In this document: positions 55,189 through 64,000 of the stretch, piece after piece
Numbering within the stretch: position 1 is the first letter of the stretch
Layout: every line of letters starts with the position of its first letter
DNA from: Deltaproteobacteria bacterium
Lineage (GTDB): Bacteria; Desulfobacterota; Dissulfuribacteria; Dissulfuribacterales; QOAL01
Length of the DNA stretch: 64,000 nucleotides
Direction of reading: 5' to 3'
Assembly (NCBI GenBank): GCA_027028245.1
Contig: JALVJO010000021.1
Coordinates: 7,639 to 71,638, forward strand
Notes under the pieces: model-generated
What the model was told of the DNA's origin: nothing
Databases searched by the model: none
The model's input: only the letters and a program-made list of their open reading frames with translations
Translations under genes and position numbers: made by a program

Positions 55189-56325
55189 ATGAGAATTATA
55201 GCCCGCAGCTGCTCAAATCTTGCCCATATAATCTTGAGTGTTGCAATCATTTTATCCTGCATTCTTTTATGTTCCTGTGAAAGAACACAACCTCCCATAA
55301 AAATAGGACTTTGTGTCAATCTGAGCGGCACAGGAGGTTCTGCCGGAGAACACGTGAGAAATGGGGCGTTGTTGGCAGTAAGTGATATAAATTCTTCAGG
55401 GGGCATCAATGGCAGACAAGTTGAACTGCTGGTCAGGGATGACCAGGGGACAGCCGAAGGGGCGGTAAAGGCTGACAGACAACTAATAAATGAAGGCGTG
55501 CCGGTTATAGTCGGGCACAACCGTTCAGCCACCACGCTTGCTGCCTACCCAGAAGTTGTTTCAAACAATATCCTTCTTATCACTGCCTGTACTGCTACAA
55601 CACGGCTTACCGGCAAGAAAGATCTTTTTTTCAGGACATGTGTGGACTGCAATCTTTACGGCAAAAAGACAGCGCAGCTTCTCAATGAGAAAACGGCAAG
55701 GTCCGCAGTCTTTCTCATGGACATGGCCAATCCCGGTTTTGTTACGGATTTCGTAAACTCGACCAAAAAGTATTACGACGGGACCACCTTTTTCGTAAAG
55801 TTCAAATCAAACCGGAATGAAGATTGGGACGAAATAATTCGACAGCTTTTAACTCACCATCCAGATGCGATAATCCTGTTAACCGAAGCTACAATGACAG
55901 GGATTGCCCTTCAAAAACTCAAGGCCAGGGGGTACAAAGGGCTCAGAATTGCTACCTTATGGGCCCAGACACCCGAGCTGATAAAGATTGCCTCCGTGGC
56001 AGGAGAAGGAATCTCCATCATTACCTATGTTAATCCCAATATAGATTCGCCGGAATTCAGGACATTTAAAAAGAAGATGAAAACAAGTTTTCACGAAGAT
56101 GCCAATGCCCGGTCAACCGCCTGCTACGAGTTGATGATGATACTGGCAAAAGCCATGAAAAGGGCCGATCGTCTGACAGGTCCGGACATAGCCTCAGCTC
56201 TCCTGGAGGGGACATACCACGGATTCATGGGAGATATAGCCTTTGACAGCTATGGCGATGTCATAAGACCTGTTTATGAAGTAACGATAAGCGGCGGCAG
56301 GTTTGTCTTGAGACGGGAGATATAG
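55189..56325 (+). CDS. Periplasmic substrate-binding lipoprotein (LivK/type-I PBP fold, branched-chain amino acid binding-like)
   Basis: Lipobox ILLCSC. IKIGLCVNLSGTGGSAGE...AVSDINSSGGINGRQVELLVRDDQG pattern of Leu/Ile/Val-binding family proteins. The track ORF starts at 55135. Confidence 0.8.
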   Translation: MRIIARSCSNLAHIILSVAIILSCILLCSCERTQPPIKIGLCVNLSGTGGSAGEHVRNGALLAVSDINSSGGINGRQVELLVRDDQGTAEGAVKADRQLINEGVPVIVGHNRSATTLAAYPEVVSNNILLITACTATTRLTGKKDLFFRTCVDCNLYGKKTAQLLNEKTARSAVFLMDMANPGFVTDFVNSTKKYYDGTTFFVKFKSNRNEDWDEIIRQLLTHHPDAIILLTEATMTGIALQKLKARGYKGLRIATLWAQTPELIKIASVAGEGISIITYVNPNIDSPEFRTFKKKMKTSFHEDANARSTACYELMMILAKAMKRADRLTGPDIASALLEGTYHGFMGDIAFDSYGDVIRPVYEVTISGGRFVLRREI

Positions 56326-59247
56326 TTGAAAAGCCATTCCCTCAACAGGAGGCTGACCACTATCATACTGGTCTTTGGAATCCCTGCAGGCGCAATACTT
56401 ATGCTGTTTTCAGGGATTCTGGAGTATCACTCCATGATGGAGTCCATGTCTAAGGCTGTCAAGGCAAGACTTGGATTGGCAAGGGACTTGGTACGCAGCA
56501 GAATACTTTGCGATGATGTCCTAAATGACATAAAAAAGGATGTTAGACTCCTTGTCGGCCGAGGCCAGGATGTTTATTCAAAACGTGAGATAAGCCTCTA
56601 TCCCAGGTGTGTATTTTGGTACGTGCTGGACCACAAGGGAAGAGTGGTTTTAGTGCCGGAAAGGTACCGTTCATTTCTGGGCTTGGATCTTGGTTCCATC
56701 TTCAGGAACGGAGCTGGAGCCCAGCCCCACCATTATATCTCGATTTTTACCAGGCGTTCAGTAGTGGGCGCTGCCTACCCCATGGAGCGTAATTACACCG
56801 TGATAGTCGAGAGGGACCTGGTAGACATTATTCCGACCATAAAGTATTTCAGTAAAAATCCAATATTTCCCCATGAGACCATATTTGTGCTCTCGGGCAC
56901 AGGCAGAGTTATCTACCACCCTGATGAAAACATGGTAAAGACCAGGGAAAACCTTCTGGCTGAGATGCAGGATCGCAGCGAACCCAACGATTACGGCTTT
57001 TTCTTCTACAGCCGCCTTGGAGAAAAACACCTCGTAATGTCCATGCCCTTTGCGGCTCCGGTCCAGTGGAAGATCTATTACAGTCTCCCCACAGATATCG
57101 TGCGAGACCACCTGACGCCGCCTCTGCTGACGCATTTTTTCATGCTTCTTATAACTTCGGGCATAATGTTCATACTTCTCTGGTTTTTTCTTCACAGGTT
57201 TTTTTCCAGGCCTGTAAGGAGAATAGTTGCGGCAGTTGAAAGACCGGGCCCGGACAGTGAGAAAGTCCTGGATGACAATCTTGCTGAAGGCGTCAGGGAG
57301 CTTGAACACATATTAAAGGCCATTAAGGCCAGGGATATGGCTGTCAGGAGGGCTGCTGAGCAGTTAAGTGCCATTTTGAACAGCATGGACGCCTCTGTTT
57401 ATGTGGCAGATATGGAGACCTATGAACTTCTTTTCATCAACGAAAAGATCAGGCAGTGGGCAGGAGATGCAGAGGGTAAGAAATGTTACGAGGTCCTTCA
57501 ATCAGGTCGAGATGCCCCATGTCCTTTCTGTACCAACAGCAGGCTGGTAGATGAAAATGGTGAGCCTTCAGGTGTTGTTATATGGGAAAACGAGAAGATA
57601 GAAGAAGGGCGTTGGTTTGAGTGCAGGGACAGGGCCATACCGTGGACCAATGGGAAACTGGTGCGGATAGAAATCTCCACGGACATAACCTGGAGGAAGG
57701 AGATTGAAAGAGAAATTTTTAATGAAAAGGAAAGGCTGACAGTTACCCTGAAATCCATTGGAGATGCCGTGATCACCACGGATACAGACTCCAGAATAAT
57801 GCTCATGAATCCGGTGGCAGAAAAGATCACGTGCTGGAGCCAGAAAGAAGCCGCAGGCAGGCCTTTCATGGAAGTTGTGCGCCTCTTTCATAACAAGACC
57901 CAGGGGCCCATGGAAAGTCCTGTAAAAAGGGCCATAGAGACGGGAAACATAATAACACTGGATCGAAATTGCGGACTAATCAGGAAAGACGGTACAAAAT
58001 GCAGAGTTGCAGATAGTGCTGCCCCGATTTTTGACAGGGACAGGAACATAATCGGGGCCGTAGTGGTTCTGCGGGATATAACAGAGGAACTCCGTACTCA
58101 GAAAGAACTTCTCAAGATACGAAAATTGGAGACAGTGGGTGTGCTGGCCGGTGGTATTGCCCATGATTTCAATAACATCATAGCTGCCATAATGGGAAAT
58201 ATAGAACTGGCACAATATGCCGTTAAACCTACTGACAAGGCCTACAGGCAGCTTGACAATGCCATAAAGGCATGTGCCAGGGCACATGAATTGTCGATGC
58301 AGCTTCTCACCTTTTCCAAGGGCGGAACTCCTGTAAAGAAACGGACATTTCTGCCTGAACTCATCAGGGAATCAGCAGATTTTGTTCTCCACGGCAGCAG
58401 GATCATCTGCCGGTACCATTTCGCCAAAGACCTGCGGCCGGCTGAAATCGACAGAGGGCAGATCAGTCAGGTCATTCAAAATCTGGTGCTGAACAGTATT
58501 CATGCCATGCCGCAGGGAGGAAAACTCGAGATATGCTGTTCAAATTGTTCTGATGTCAGGGTGTTGAAAAGGTTCAATCTGCCTCCTGGGCATTATGTCA
58601 AGATGGAGATAAGGGATTGGGGGAAAGGTATACCTGAGCAGATTATTGATAAGATATTCGAACCCTACTTTTCCACAAAGCACACCGGGAGTGGTCTGGG
58701 ACTTGCCATTGTACATTCCATAATATCCAAGCACGGAGGGGCTGTGAGAGTGGAATCGGAACAGGGGCAGGGGACGACTTTCACAATTCTTATCCCTGCC
58801 TGCAGCGGTCATGAGCAAGCCAAACCCGTGGAAGATACCGGCCCCAGGCAGGAAAGTACTCAAAAGGCGGTTGTCCTCGTGATGGATGATGATGACATGG
58901 TGAGAACCATTGCATCGGAAATATTGAAAACTTTTGGTCACAAGGTCATAGAGGCATCTGATGGGAAAGAGGTGGTTGAAATTTACAGGGACAGGATGGA
59001 AAAGGGAAAGCACATTGATTTATTGATAATGGACCTTACCGTCCCCGGAGGCATGGGCGGAGTTGAAGCCATGGAGGAGCTTTTGAAAATGGATCCTCAC
59101 GTCAAGGCCGTAGTGGCAAGTGGTTACTCCAATGATCCCGTGATGTCAAATTACCAAAAATACGGTTTTAAAGCCGCACTTTTAAAGCCTTATACCATAA
59201 AGGAAATAAATGAAGTGATATCCCGCATTGGAAAGAAGTTGCGTTAA
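56326..59247 (+). CDS. Hybrid sensor histidine kinase (Cache-like periplasmic domain, 2 PAS, HisKA/HATPase, receiver)
   Basis: TTG start directly after the PBP stop. H-box GGIAHDFNNII; RDWGKGIP and GSGLGLAIV; receiver VLVMDDDD...DLLIMDLTVPGGMGG. Confidence 0.9.
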   Translation: MKSHSLNRRLTTIILVFGIPAGAILMLFSGILEYHSMMESMSKAVKARLGLARDLVRSRILCDDVLNDIKKDVRLLVGRGQDVYSKREISLYPRCVFWYVLDHKGRVVLVPERYRSFLGLDLGSIFRNGAGAQPHHYISIFTRRSVVGAAYPMERNYTVIVERDLVDIIPTIKYFSKNPIFPHETIFVLSGTGRVIYHPDENMVKTRENLLAEMQDRSEPNDYGFFFYSRLGEKHLVMSMPFAAPVQWKIYYSLPTDIVRDHLTPPLLTHFFMLLITSGIMFILLWFFLHRFFSRPVRRIVAAVERPGPDSEKVLDDNLAEGVRELEHILKAIKARDMAVRRAAEQLSAILNSMDASVYVADMETYELLFINEKIRQWAGDAEGKKCYEVLQSGRDAPCPFCTNSRLVDENGEPSGVVIWENEKIEEGRWFECRDRAIPWTNGKLVRIEISTDITWRKEIEREIFNEKERLTVTLKSIGDAVITTDTDSRIMLMNPVAEKITCWSQKEAAGRPFMEVVRLFHNKTQGPMESPVKRAIETGNIITLDRNCGLIRKDGTKCRVADSAAPIFDRDRNIIGAVVVLRDITEELRTQKELLKIRKLETVGVLAGGIAHDFNNIIAAIMGNIELAQYAVKPTDKAYRQLDNAIKACARAHELSMQLLTFSKGGTPVKKRTFLPELIRESADFVLHGSRIICRYHFAKDLRPAEIDRGQISQVIQNLVLNSIHAMPQGGKLEICCSNCSDVRVLKRFNLPPGHYVKMEIRDWGKGIPEQIIDKIFEPYFSTKHTGSGLGLAIVHSIISKHGGAVRVESEQGQGTTFTILIPACSGHEQAKPVEDTGPRQESTQKAVVLVMDDDDMVRTIASEILKTFGHKVIEASDGKEVVEIYRDRMEKGKHIDLLIMDLTVPGGMGGVEAMEELLKMDPHVKAVVASGYSNDPVMSNYQKYGFKAALLKPYTIKEINEVISRIGKKLR

Positions 59248-59529
59248 GTCACGTGATTTCACAGCATCTTCACCATCCCTGCGGATACACCCCATGTCTG
59301 GATGTCTTGCATGAGAACATCAACTTTTAAATCTTTCTCACCATGGATTATTCACGAAGAGGCGGTGGCATATTGAATAATTGCGCCATACCGGCTATTG
59401 ATAATTCCAAAGGTTCCATGAGATCTTCCACCTTAGAAGTGGTTTAGATTTTCATCTAATCCAGATACATCGAATCTGATTATGAAGCTTATGGTGATTC
59501 CTATTTAATTATATGAGGAGGTTTGAAAG

Positions 59530-60153
59530 ATGATTGAATCGGAAGGCTTGATCGGGGGAGAATTTTCTTGGGGAGATGTTGAAAAAAACTGGATGTGGCA
59601 TTTGGGGCTTGGGATGTTTTTTATTGCCGCAGGCACCATTGGACTTCTTGCAATCCCTCTTGCAACTCTTTCTACAGTGATGCTTTTTTCCTTGCTCTTG
59701 CTGCTTGGAGGAATTCTTCAGCTTACAGAGGCATTAATAGCTGTTAAGGGATGGAAGGCCAGGACTCCGCATATCATTGCCAGCGTATTCTATATTGCCG
59801 CCGGGCTTGTATCATTATTAAATCCGGTTGCAGCCTCCCTCGGCCTTACCATCGTTCTTGGAACCACAATATTTGCAGCCGGTATTTTCAGGATCCTGAT
59901 GGCATTTCAGCACAGGGAAGACATGGGAGATTGGATCATGATACTGGCAAGCGGCTTGGCCTCGGTAGCCATTGCCGTCCTGATTGGTTTTTCCTGGCCA
60001 TATTCTGCCCTGTGGTCTTTAGGCCTTTTTATATCCATAGACCTGATTTCCAATGGATGGACCCAGGTTGTCATTGCCATGGCTGCGCGGAAAAAGGTGG
60101 CAGAAGCAGCCAATTCCAGTTCTGGGCCTGACATTGAATCAGCCGTCGTCTGA
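59530..60153 (+). CDS. hdeD: HdeD/DUF308 family membrane protein
   Basis: Six hydrophobic helices with repeated DUF308 pattern (GLLAI..., AAGIFRILMAF). GAGGAGG RBS upstream. Confidence 0.8.
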   Translation: MIESEGLIGGEFSWGDVEKNWMWHLGLGMFFIAAGTIGLLAIPLATLSTVMLFSLLLLLGGILQLTEALIAVKGWKARTPHIIASVFYIAAGLVSLLNPVAASLGLTIVLGTTIFAAGIFRILMAFQHREDMGDWIMILASGLASVAIAVLIGFSWPYSALWSLGLFISIDLISNGWTQVVIAMAARKKVAEAANSSSGPDIESAVV

Positions 60154-60186
60154 TCAATAAAGATCACGCTGCAGCTTTGAGAGGAA

Positions 60187-60406
60187 GGGAGCATTCCCAG
60201 TTTGTCCTCTATTAGTGGGGTGCTTTTTGAAAGGTTTCACCACAAGGAAGCCAATTTCAGCCGCAGTCAAGCCGCCGAGACAGGCGATATCTGTATTCGA
60301 GAAGAATTTGAAATCTGCACAGCGGCTTGGTGGACCTTGAAAGATATGCACGGATCCTTGCCCTTCTTCGTCATTCCTTGTCTGGGAACAAACTGGGAAT
60401 GCTCCC
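60187..60406 (-). mobile_element. MITE-like repeat, copy 2 (perfect 19 bp TIRs)
   Basis: gggagcattcccagtttgt (60187-205) is the exact inverted repeat of acaaactgggaatgctccc (60388-406). The interior is homologous to copy 1 in the opposite orientation. Confidence 0.75.
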
Positions 60407-60447
60407 GAGGGGAAGATGTTTGGATGGGTAATCAGGTGTTGTTTCGG

Positions 60448-60485
60448 AATAAAATAGGGGCTGTGCTATTCAAACCACAGCCCCT
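60448..60485 (-). terminator. Rho-independent terminator of the tRNA-Val/tRNA-Asp operon
   Basis: On the minus strand: AGGGGCTGTG, 10 nt loop, CACAGCCCCT, then ATTTTATT. It starts 10 nt after the tRNA-Asp CCA. Confidence 0.8.
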
Positions 60486-60495
60486 TGAAATATTC

Positions 60496-60573
60496 TGGCG
60501 GGGCCGACGAGACTCGAACTCGCGACCTCTGGCGTGACAGGCCAGCGTTCTAACCGGACTGAACTACGACCCC
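60496..60573 (-). tRNA. tRNA-Asp (anticodon GTC)
   Basis: Reverse complement: GGGGTCG TA GTTC..GAAC G CTGGC-CTGTCAC-GCCAG AGGTC GCGAG-TTCGAGT-CTCGT CGGCCCC G CCA. Confidence 0.93.
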
Positions 60574-60592
60574 GCTTCTTACTATTTTATTT

Positions 60593-60668
60593 TGGTAGGC
60601 GGAACAGGGCTTGAACCTGTGACCCCCGGCTTGTAAGGCCGGTGCTCTCCCAACTGAGCTATCCGCCC
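60593..60668 (-). tRNA. tRNA-Val (anticodon TAC)
   Basis: Reverse complement: GGGCGGA TA GCTC..GAGC A CCGGC-CTTACAA-GCCGG GGGTC ACAGG-TTCAAGC-CCTGT TCCGCCT A CCA. Confidence 0.93.
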
Positions 60669-60686
60669 TTTTTCAAAAGCTCGTAA

Positions 60687-60715
60687 GCTATAACATTATA
60701 AAAAAATAGTGTCAA
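60687..60715 (-). promoter_or_regulatory. Putative sigma70 promoter of the tRNA-Val/Asp operon
   Basis: On the minus strand: TTGACA (60715-60710), 17 nt A/T-rich spacer, TATAGC (60692-60687). It ends about 18 nt upstream of tRNA-Val. Confidence 0.5.
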
Positions 60716-60797
60716 GGCCTTGAAAATTATTGAACATAAACGGCTGAATGAGTTCTTGAGGGAGATTCAAGGGCGCAGCATATCCTGGGGAGGAGTC

Positions 60798-63700
60798 TTG
60801 TTCCATAAACGTGCTGGTTCTCTTGCTGGAAAGTATTTTCTGTCGGGATTATATGCCCGTTTTTTGGTGTACACTGCCATATTTTTGCTTTTTCAAGTTG
60901 TTCTTGCAGACACAGCCTCGTCGCAAGATGCGCCGATCGTACTGGAAAACCAAAAGGAACAGTACAATCTGGGCCCTTATCTCTACTACCTCGAGGATCC
61001 CAAGGGCATATTGACCTTGACGGACATAATGTCAGACGAAACAAGCCGTCGTTTTGTCCGAAGCAGTCAACTTGCTCCAGGCTTTGGATTCACCTCCTCG
61101 GCTTACTGGTTCAGATTTTCCATTCGGAACCCTGATCAAGTAGAGAAAAACCGATATCTTGAGATAGAATATCCCCTCCTTGACCACGTCGGACTATATG
61201 AACCTAAGCCTGATGGTTTATACAGGGTATACAGCGAAGGTGATAGACAGGATTTCTGGCATCGTCCTGTACTTTACCGAAATTTTGTCTTTATTCTCAA
61301 GATACCGGCTGAAACCACCCTGACCTTTTACGTCAGGGTGAAGACTTCAAGCTCGCTTAATCTGCCTGCGAAACTTTATACCCCGGCTGCATTCATCGAC
61401 AAGGTGGAAAACGAGGAAACAGCATTGGGGATGTACTTCGGCATTCTTTTTGCCATGCTGGCGTACAACATGATCCTTTATATATCCATAAAAGAACCCC
61501 TTTATCTTTATTATGTTCTTTTTGTCCTGTTGAATTTTCTGTTCCAGCTTGGCTTGACAGGAGTATCTTTTAAATATCTTTGGCCGCAGAGTCCCCATTG
61601 GGCCAATATCAGTCTCCCCTTTTTCATCTTTACTGCGTTTCTCTTTGGTACCCAGTTCACGAGGGGCATTCTGAATACCAGGAAAAACATCTGGGCAATA
61701 GATGCACTGCTCAAGGCATTTCTTTACCTTGCAGCAGCGGGAGCAGTAATAAGTCTTATCATCCCCTATACAATCAGCATAAGACTTGCAACCTTGTTTA
61801 TAATTACCGTGGTCGTTCATATAGCAGCAGGGTTCATCTGTCTGTTCAGGGGGTACCGGCCTGCCAGATATTATGTCTTTGCCTGGACAGTATCCTTGGC
61901 CGGCATGGCCATATTCGCCATGAAATCCTTTGGCATGCTTCCGAATAATTTCCTTACAATTTGGGGCATACAGATCGGGTCAGCATGGGAGGTCATTCTG
62001 CTCTCCATCGCCCTGGCTGACAGGATAAACATACTCAGCCGAGAGAAGGAACAGCTGCAGGCCGAATATACCAGCAAGTTGGAGGCGGCCAATCTCAGGC
62101 TGGAAGAATTTACCAGAACCCTTGAGGAAAAGGTAGTCCAGCGCACAAGGGAACTTGAGGAATCCAACATCCTTCTGAAAAAACAGGCCCGCGAGATGCG
62201 TATGGCTGAAGAAAGGGCCGAAGAGGCCAGCAGGGCCAAATCGGAATTCCTGGCAAACATGAGCCATGAGATCAGGACACCCCTTAATGCCATAACAGGC
62301 ATTACCGGGCTGGCTCTGGAGATGGAGGGTCTGCCTTCCAAGCTGCGTGATTATCTTGGGATAATAAGCACGTCTGCCCATTCTCTGCTGGCGTTGGTCA
62401 ACGACATACTTGATTTTTCGAAGATCGAGGCCGGCAGGATGGAACTTGAGAATACCAGATTCAGCCTGCAGGAAGTGATAGAGAACCTGGTAGACATGTG
62501 CTCCGAGCAGGGATCCAGCCAAGGAGCCGAGCTGATAATCGACATTGACAGCAGCGTGCCGGATCTCCTGGTGGGAGATCCCATGCGTCTGGGGCAGCTT
62601 CTGACCAACCTTGTTTCAAATGCCTTGAAATTCACCCCTGAAGGAGAGGTGGTATTAAGTTGCAGATGTACCGGTATACATGGTTCAAAAGCTGCGCTCG
62701 AATTCTGTGTTGAGGATACAGGGATTGGAGTAGACCCTGCCAGGCTGGACACGCTTTTCGAAATGTTTTCCCAGGCTGACACTTCCACCACCAGGAGATT
62801 TGGGGGGACGGGTTTGGGCCTGGCCATATGCAAAAAAATAGCGGATTTAATGGCCGGTGTCATTGAAGTTGACAGCACGCCTGGTGAAGGAACCAGGTTT
62901 ACCTTTAGGGTCAAAATGGAGATCTCTGACGAGCCGGAAACGCAAAAAGGGTTTTTATGCGGTTTTCCTGATGATATGGCCATAATATTGTGCTGTTCAA
63001 ATGGAAAGCTTAGCCGGGCACTGGAGAATATGCTGATATCAAGCGGCGTTCCTAATGTTTCCAAGATCCTGCCTGAAAATTTGGAAAAAACTATGGATCT
63101 GATCAAGGGCAGAACTATTTTATTTATCGATGCGGACAAAGATGTTCCTGTTTCACAACCCCTGGATTTTTTGGAGAAATATCCAGGTCTGTTCGTCGTG
63201 GCCTGCCACCGTTTCGATCTCGAATCTTCATGGCAGGAGGTTCAGGGAATATCCCGATTGATGCCCCTTCTAAAACCTGTCAAGAAGAGTGCCGTGCAGG
63301 AAATACTTAATACCATTTTGACAGGTCAACCATACCGGCCAAAGTCTGAAGAAAGATTCCTCTCCGCAGATATGGATGCATCAGTTTTTGCTGGTGCCAG
63401 AATCCTCCTGGTGGAAGACAACGAGATCAACCAGATGGTGGCAAGGGACATAATTGCCAGGACTGGGGCAGAGGTGGTAACTGCTGAAAACGGGAAGGAA
63501 GCCGTTGCCCTGGCTGAAAAGGGATTTGATCTGATATTGATGGATATACAGATGCCGGAAATGGACGGCTACGAGACTGCCAAGGTTCTGCGCTCAATGG
63601 AGGCAACCAGGGATATCCCTATTGTGGCAATGACCGCCGGTGTCTTCGAGGATGACAGGAAGCGATGCTTCCAGGCCGGTATGAATGATTTCTTGATGAA

Positions 63701-64000
63701 GCCGGTGACTCCTGAGACAGTTGCCTCGGTCCTGGAGAGATGGCTTAAAAAAATAGGAAAGGATGGAAAGGATAATTTCAAACAGGCGACTGTTCACGGG
63801 CAAAAGGATTGGCAGTCTGAAAGATTTGATCGTCTCCAGGGAATTGACCTCCACGATGCTGAGAGGAGATTCAGGGGCAACACAAAACTCTTTTTTGACC
63901 TCCTCCACAAGTTTTCCGACCAGTATAAAGATTTTGGTAACCAGGCCTGCCGATTGCTGCATAAGGGAGATATCAAGGAGCTCAAATCACTTGTGCATTC
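60798..64000 (+). CDS. 7TMR-DISM-type hybrid sensor histidine kinase (partial; continues beyond window)
   Basis: Not in the ORF track. The frame (codon starts divisible by 3) is open from 60702 to the window end. Proposed TTG start at 60798, just after GGAGGAG. Domains in order: signal peptide; 7TMR-DISMED2-like domain; 7 helices; H-box [10 protein letters not shown]; NALKFT, DTGIGV and GGTGLGLAI; receiver [11 protein letters not shown]...[13 protein letters not shown]; HPt beginning. Confidence 0.88.
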   Translation, partial: MFHKRAGSLAGKYFLSGLYARFLVYTAIFLLFQVVLADTASSQDAPIVLENQKEQYNLGPYLYYLEDPKGILTLTDIMSDETSRRFVRSSQLAPGFGFTSSAYWFRFSIRNPDQVEKNRYLEIEYPLLDHVGLYEPKPDGLYRVYSEGDRQDFWHRPVLYRNFVFILKIPAETTLTFYVRVKTSSSLNLPAKLYTPAAFIDKVENEETALGMYFGILFAMLAYNMILYISIKEPLYLYYVLFVLLNFLFQLGLTGVSFKYLWPQSPHWANISLPFFIFTAFLFGTQFTRGILNTRKNIWAIDALLKAFLYLAAAGAVISLIIPYTISIRLATLFIITVVVHIAAGFICLFRGYRPARYYVFAWTVSLAGMAIFAMKSFGMLPNNFLTIWGIQIGSAWEVILLSIALADRINILSREKEQLQAEYTSKLEAANLRLEEFTRTLEEKVVQRTRELEESNILLKKQAREMRMAEERAEEASRAKSEFLANMSHEIRTPLNAITGITGLALEMEGLPSKLRDYLGIISTSAHSLLALVNDILDFSKIEAGRMELENTRFSLQEVIENLVDMCSEQGSSQGAELIIDIDSSVPDLLVGDPMRLGQLLTNLVSNALKFTPEGEVVLSCRCTGIHGSKAALEFCVEDTGIGVDPARLDTLFEMFSQADTSTTRRFGGTGLGLAICKKIADLMAGVIEVDSTPGEGTRFTFRVKMEISDEPETQKGFLCGFPDDMAIILCCSNGKLSRALENMLISSGVPNVSKILPENLEKTMDLIKGRTILFIDADKDVPVSQPLDFLEKYPGLFVVACHRFDLESSWQEVQGISRLMPLLKPVKKSAVQEILNTILTGQPYRPKSEERFLSADMDASVFAGARILLVEDNEINQMVARDIIARTGAEVVTAENGKEAVALAEKGFDLILMDIQMPEMDGYETAKVLRSMEATRDIPIVAMTAGVFEDDRKRCFQAGMNDFLMKPVTPETVASVLERWLKKIGKDGKDNFKQATVHGQKDWQSERFDRLQGIDLHDAERRFRGNTKLFFDLLHKFSDQYKDFGNQACRLLHKGDIKELKSLVH

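Noticed and set aside
59248-59529. A small ORF or sRNA in the 282 bp gap upstream of hdeD. One example is the minus-strand 23-codon ORF MEPLELSIAGMAQLFNMPPPLRE.
   Set aside because: There is no RBS, no recognisable motif, no terminator and only weak short palindromes. The evidence is insufficient to call a feature.
45104-60668. A genomic island bounded by tRNA-Gln (45.1 kb) and tRNA-Asp/Val (60.5 kb).
   Set aside because: The content is core housekeeping (prfB, lnt, uvrD, a BirA-like gene). No integrase, att-like direct repeat of a tRNA 3' end, or phage/plasmid genes were seen.
1-64000. CRISPR arrays, tandem repeat arrays, rRNA genes, transposase, integrase or toxin-antitoxin pairs.
   Set aside because: Reading the intergenic regions showed no regularly spaced direct repeats and no such genes. 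All gaps longer than 150 nt were inspected: 1525-1734, 13874-14097, 15710-16009, 29588-29970, 32953-33168, 40696-40856, 54574-55188, 59248-59529 and 60154-60495.

Overview
This is a 64 kb chromosomal window with about 55 protein genes and 3 tRNAs. It is mostly housekeeping. The gene content looks like a sulfate-reducer-type deltaproteobacterium (Desulfobacterota); that assignment is inference from sigma54/GAF regulators, many hybrid histidine kinases and a PxxKW Cys-rich protein.

Main blocks:
- **About 3.2-14.1 kb (minus strand):** one long same-strand gene string, yceD-rpmF-plsX-fabH-[acyl-CoA dehydrogenase-etfB-ferredoxin::etfA]-fabG-acpP-fabF-rpiB-glyA-dCMP deaminase.
- **Plus-strand string:** cutA-hisI-hisG-engB-mutS-amiC.
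- **Signalling:** two modules of a periplasmic binding protein plus a hybrid sensor kinase.
- **29.9-33.5 kb:** a 993 aa membrane-embedded patatin-like protein, divergent from a PxxKW Cys-rich gene.
- **Further housekeeping:** nnr-lgt-pcnB, a NifA-like sigma54 activator, fbp and htpX.
- **41.7-45.2 kb:** a class-B (B12-type) radical SAM gene with an unknown coupled partner, an ANTAR response regulator and tRNA-Gln.
- **45.3-54.6 kb:** a Memo-like gene, a BirA-like gene, prfB (programmed +1 frameshift found), lnt, uvrD and an MFS transporter.
- **59.5-64 kb:** hdeD, tRNA-Val and tRNA-Asp, and a 7TMR-DISM hybrid kinase. This kinase is absent from the ORF track because it has a TTG start and runs off the window.

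Most notable observations:
1. A CarCDE-like ACAD/EtfB/Fd-EtfA module sits in the slot where fabD normally lies. It is translationally coupled to fabG.
2. A roughly 220 bp MITE-like element is present in two inverted copies. It has 19 bp terminal inverted repeats, and one copy has a flanking direct repeat.
3. A 189 bp imperfect palindrome lies in a 615 bp intergenic gap.
4. A patatin catalytic dyad is split by a multi-helix membrane insertion.

No CRISPR array, integrase, transposase or recognisable defence operon was seen. All calls are by eye from the sequence; no searches were run.
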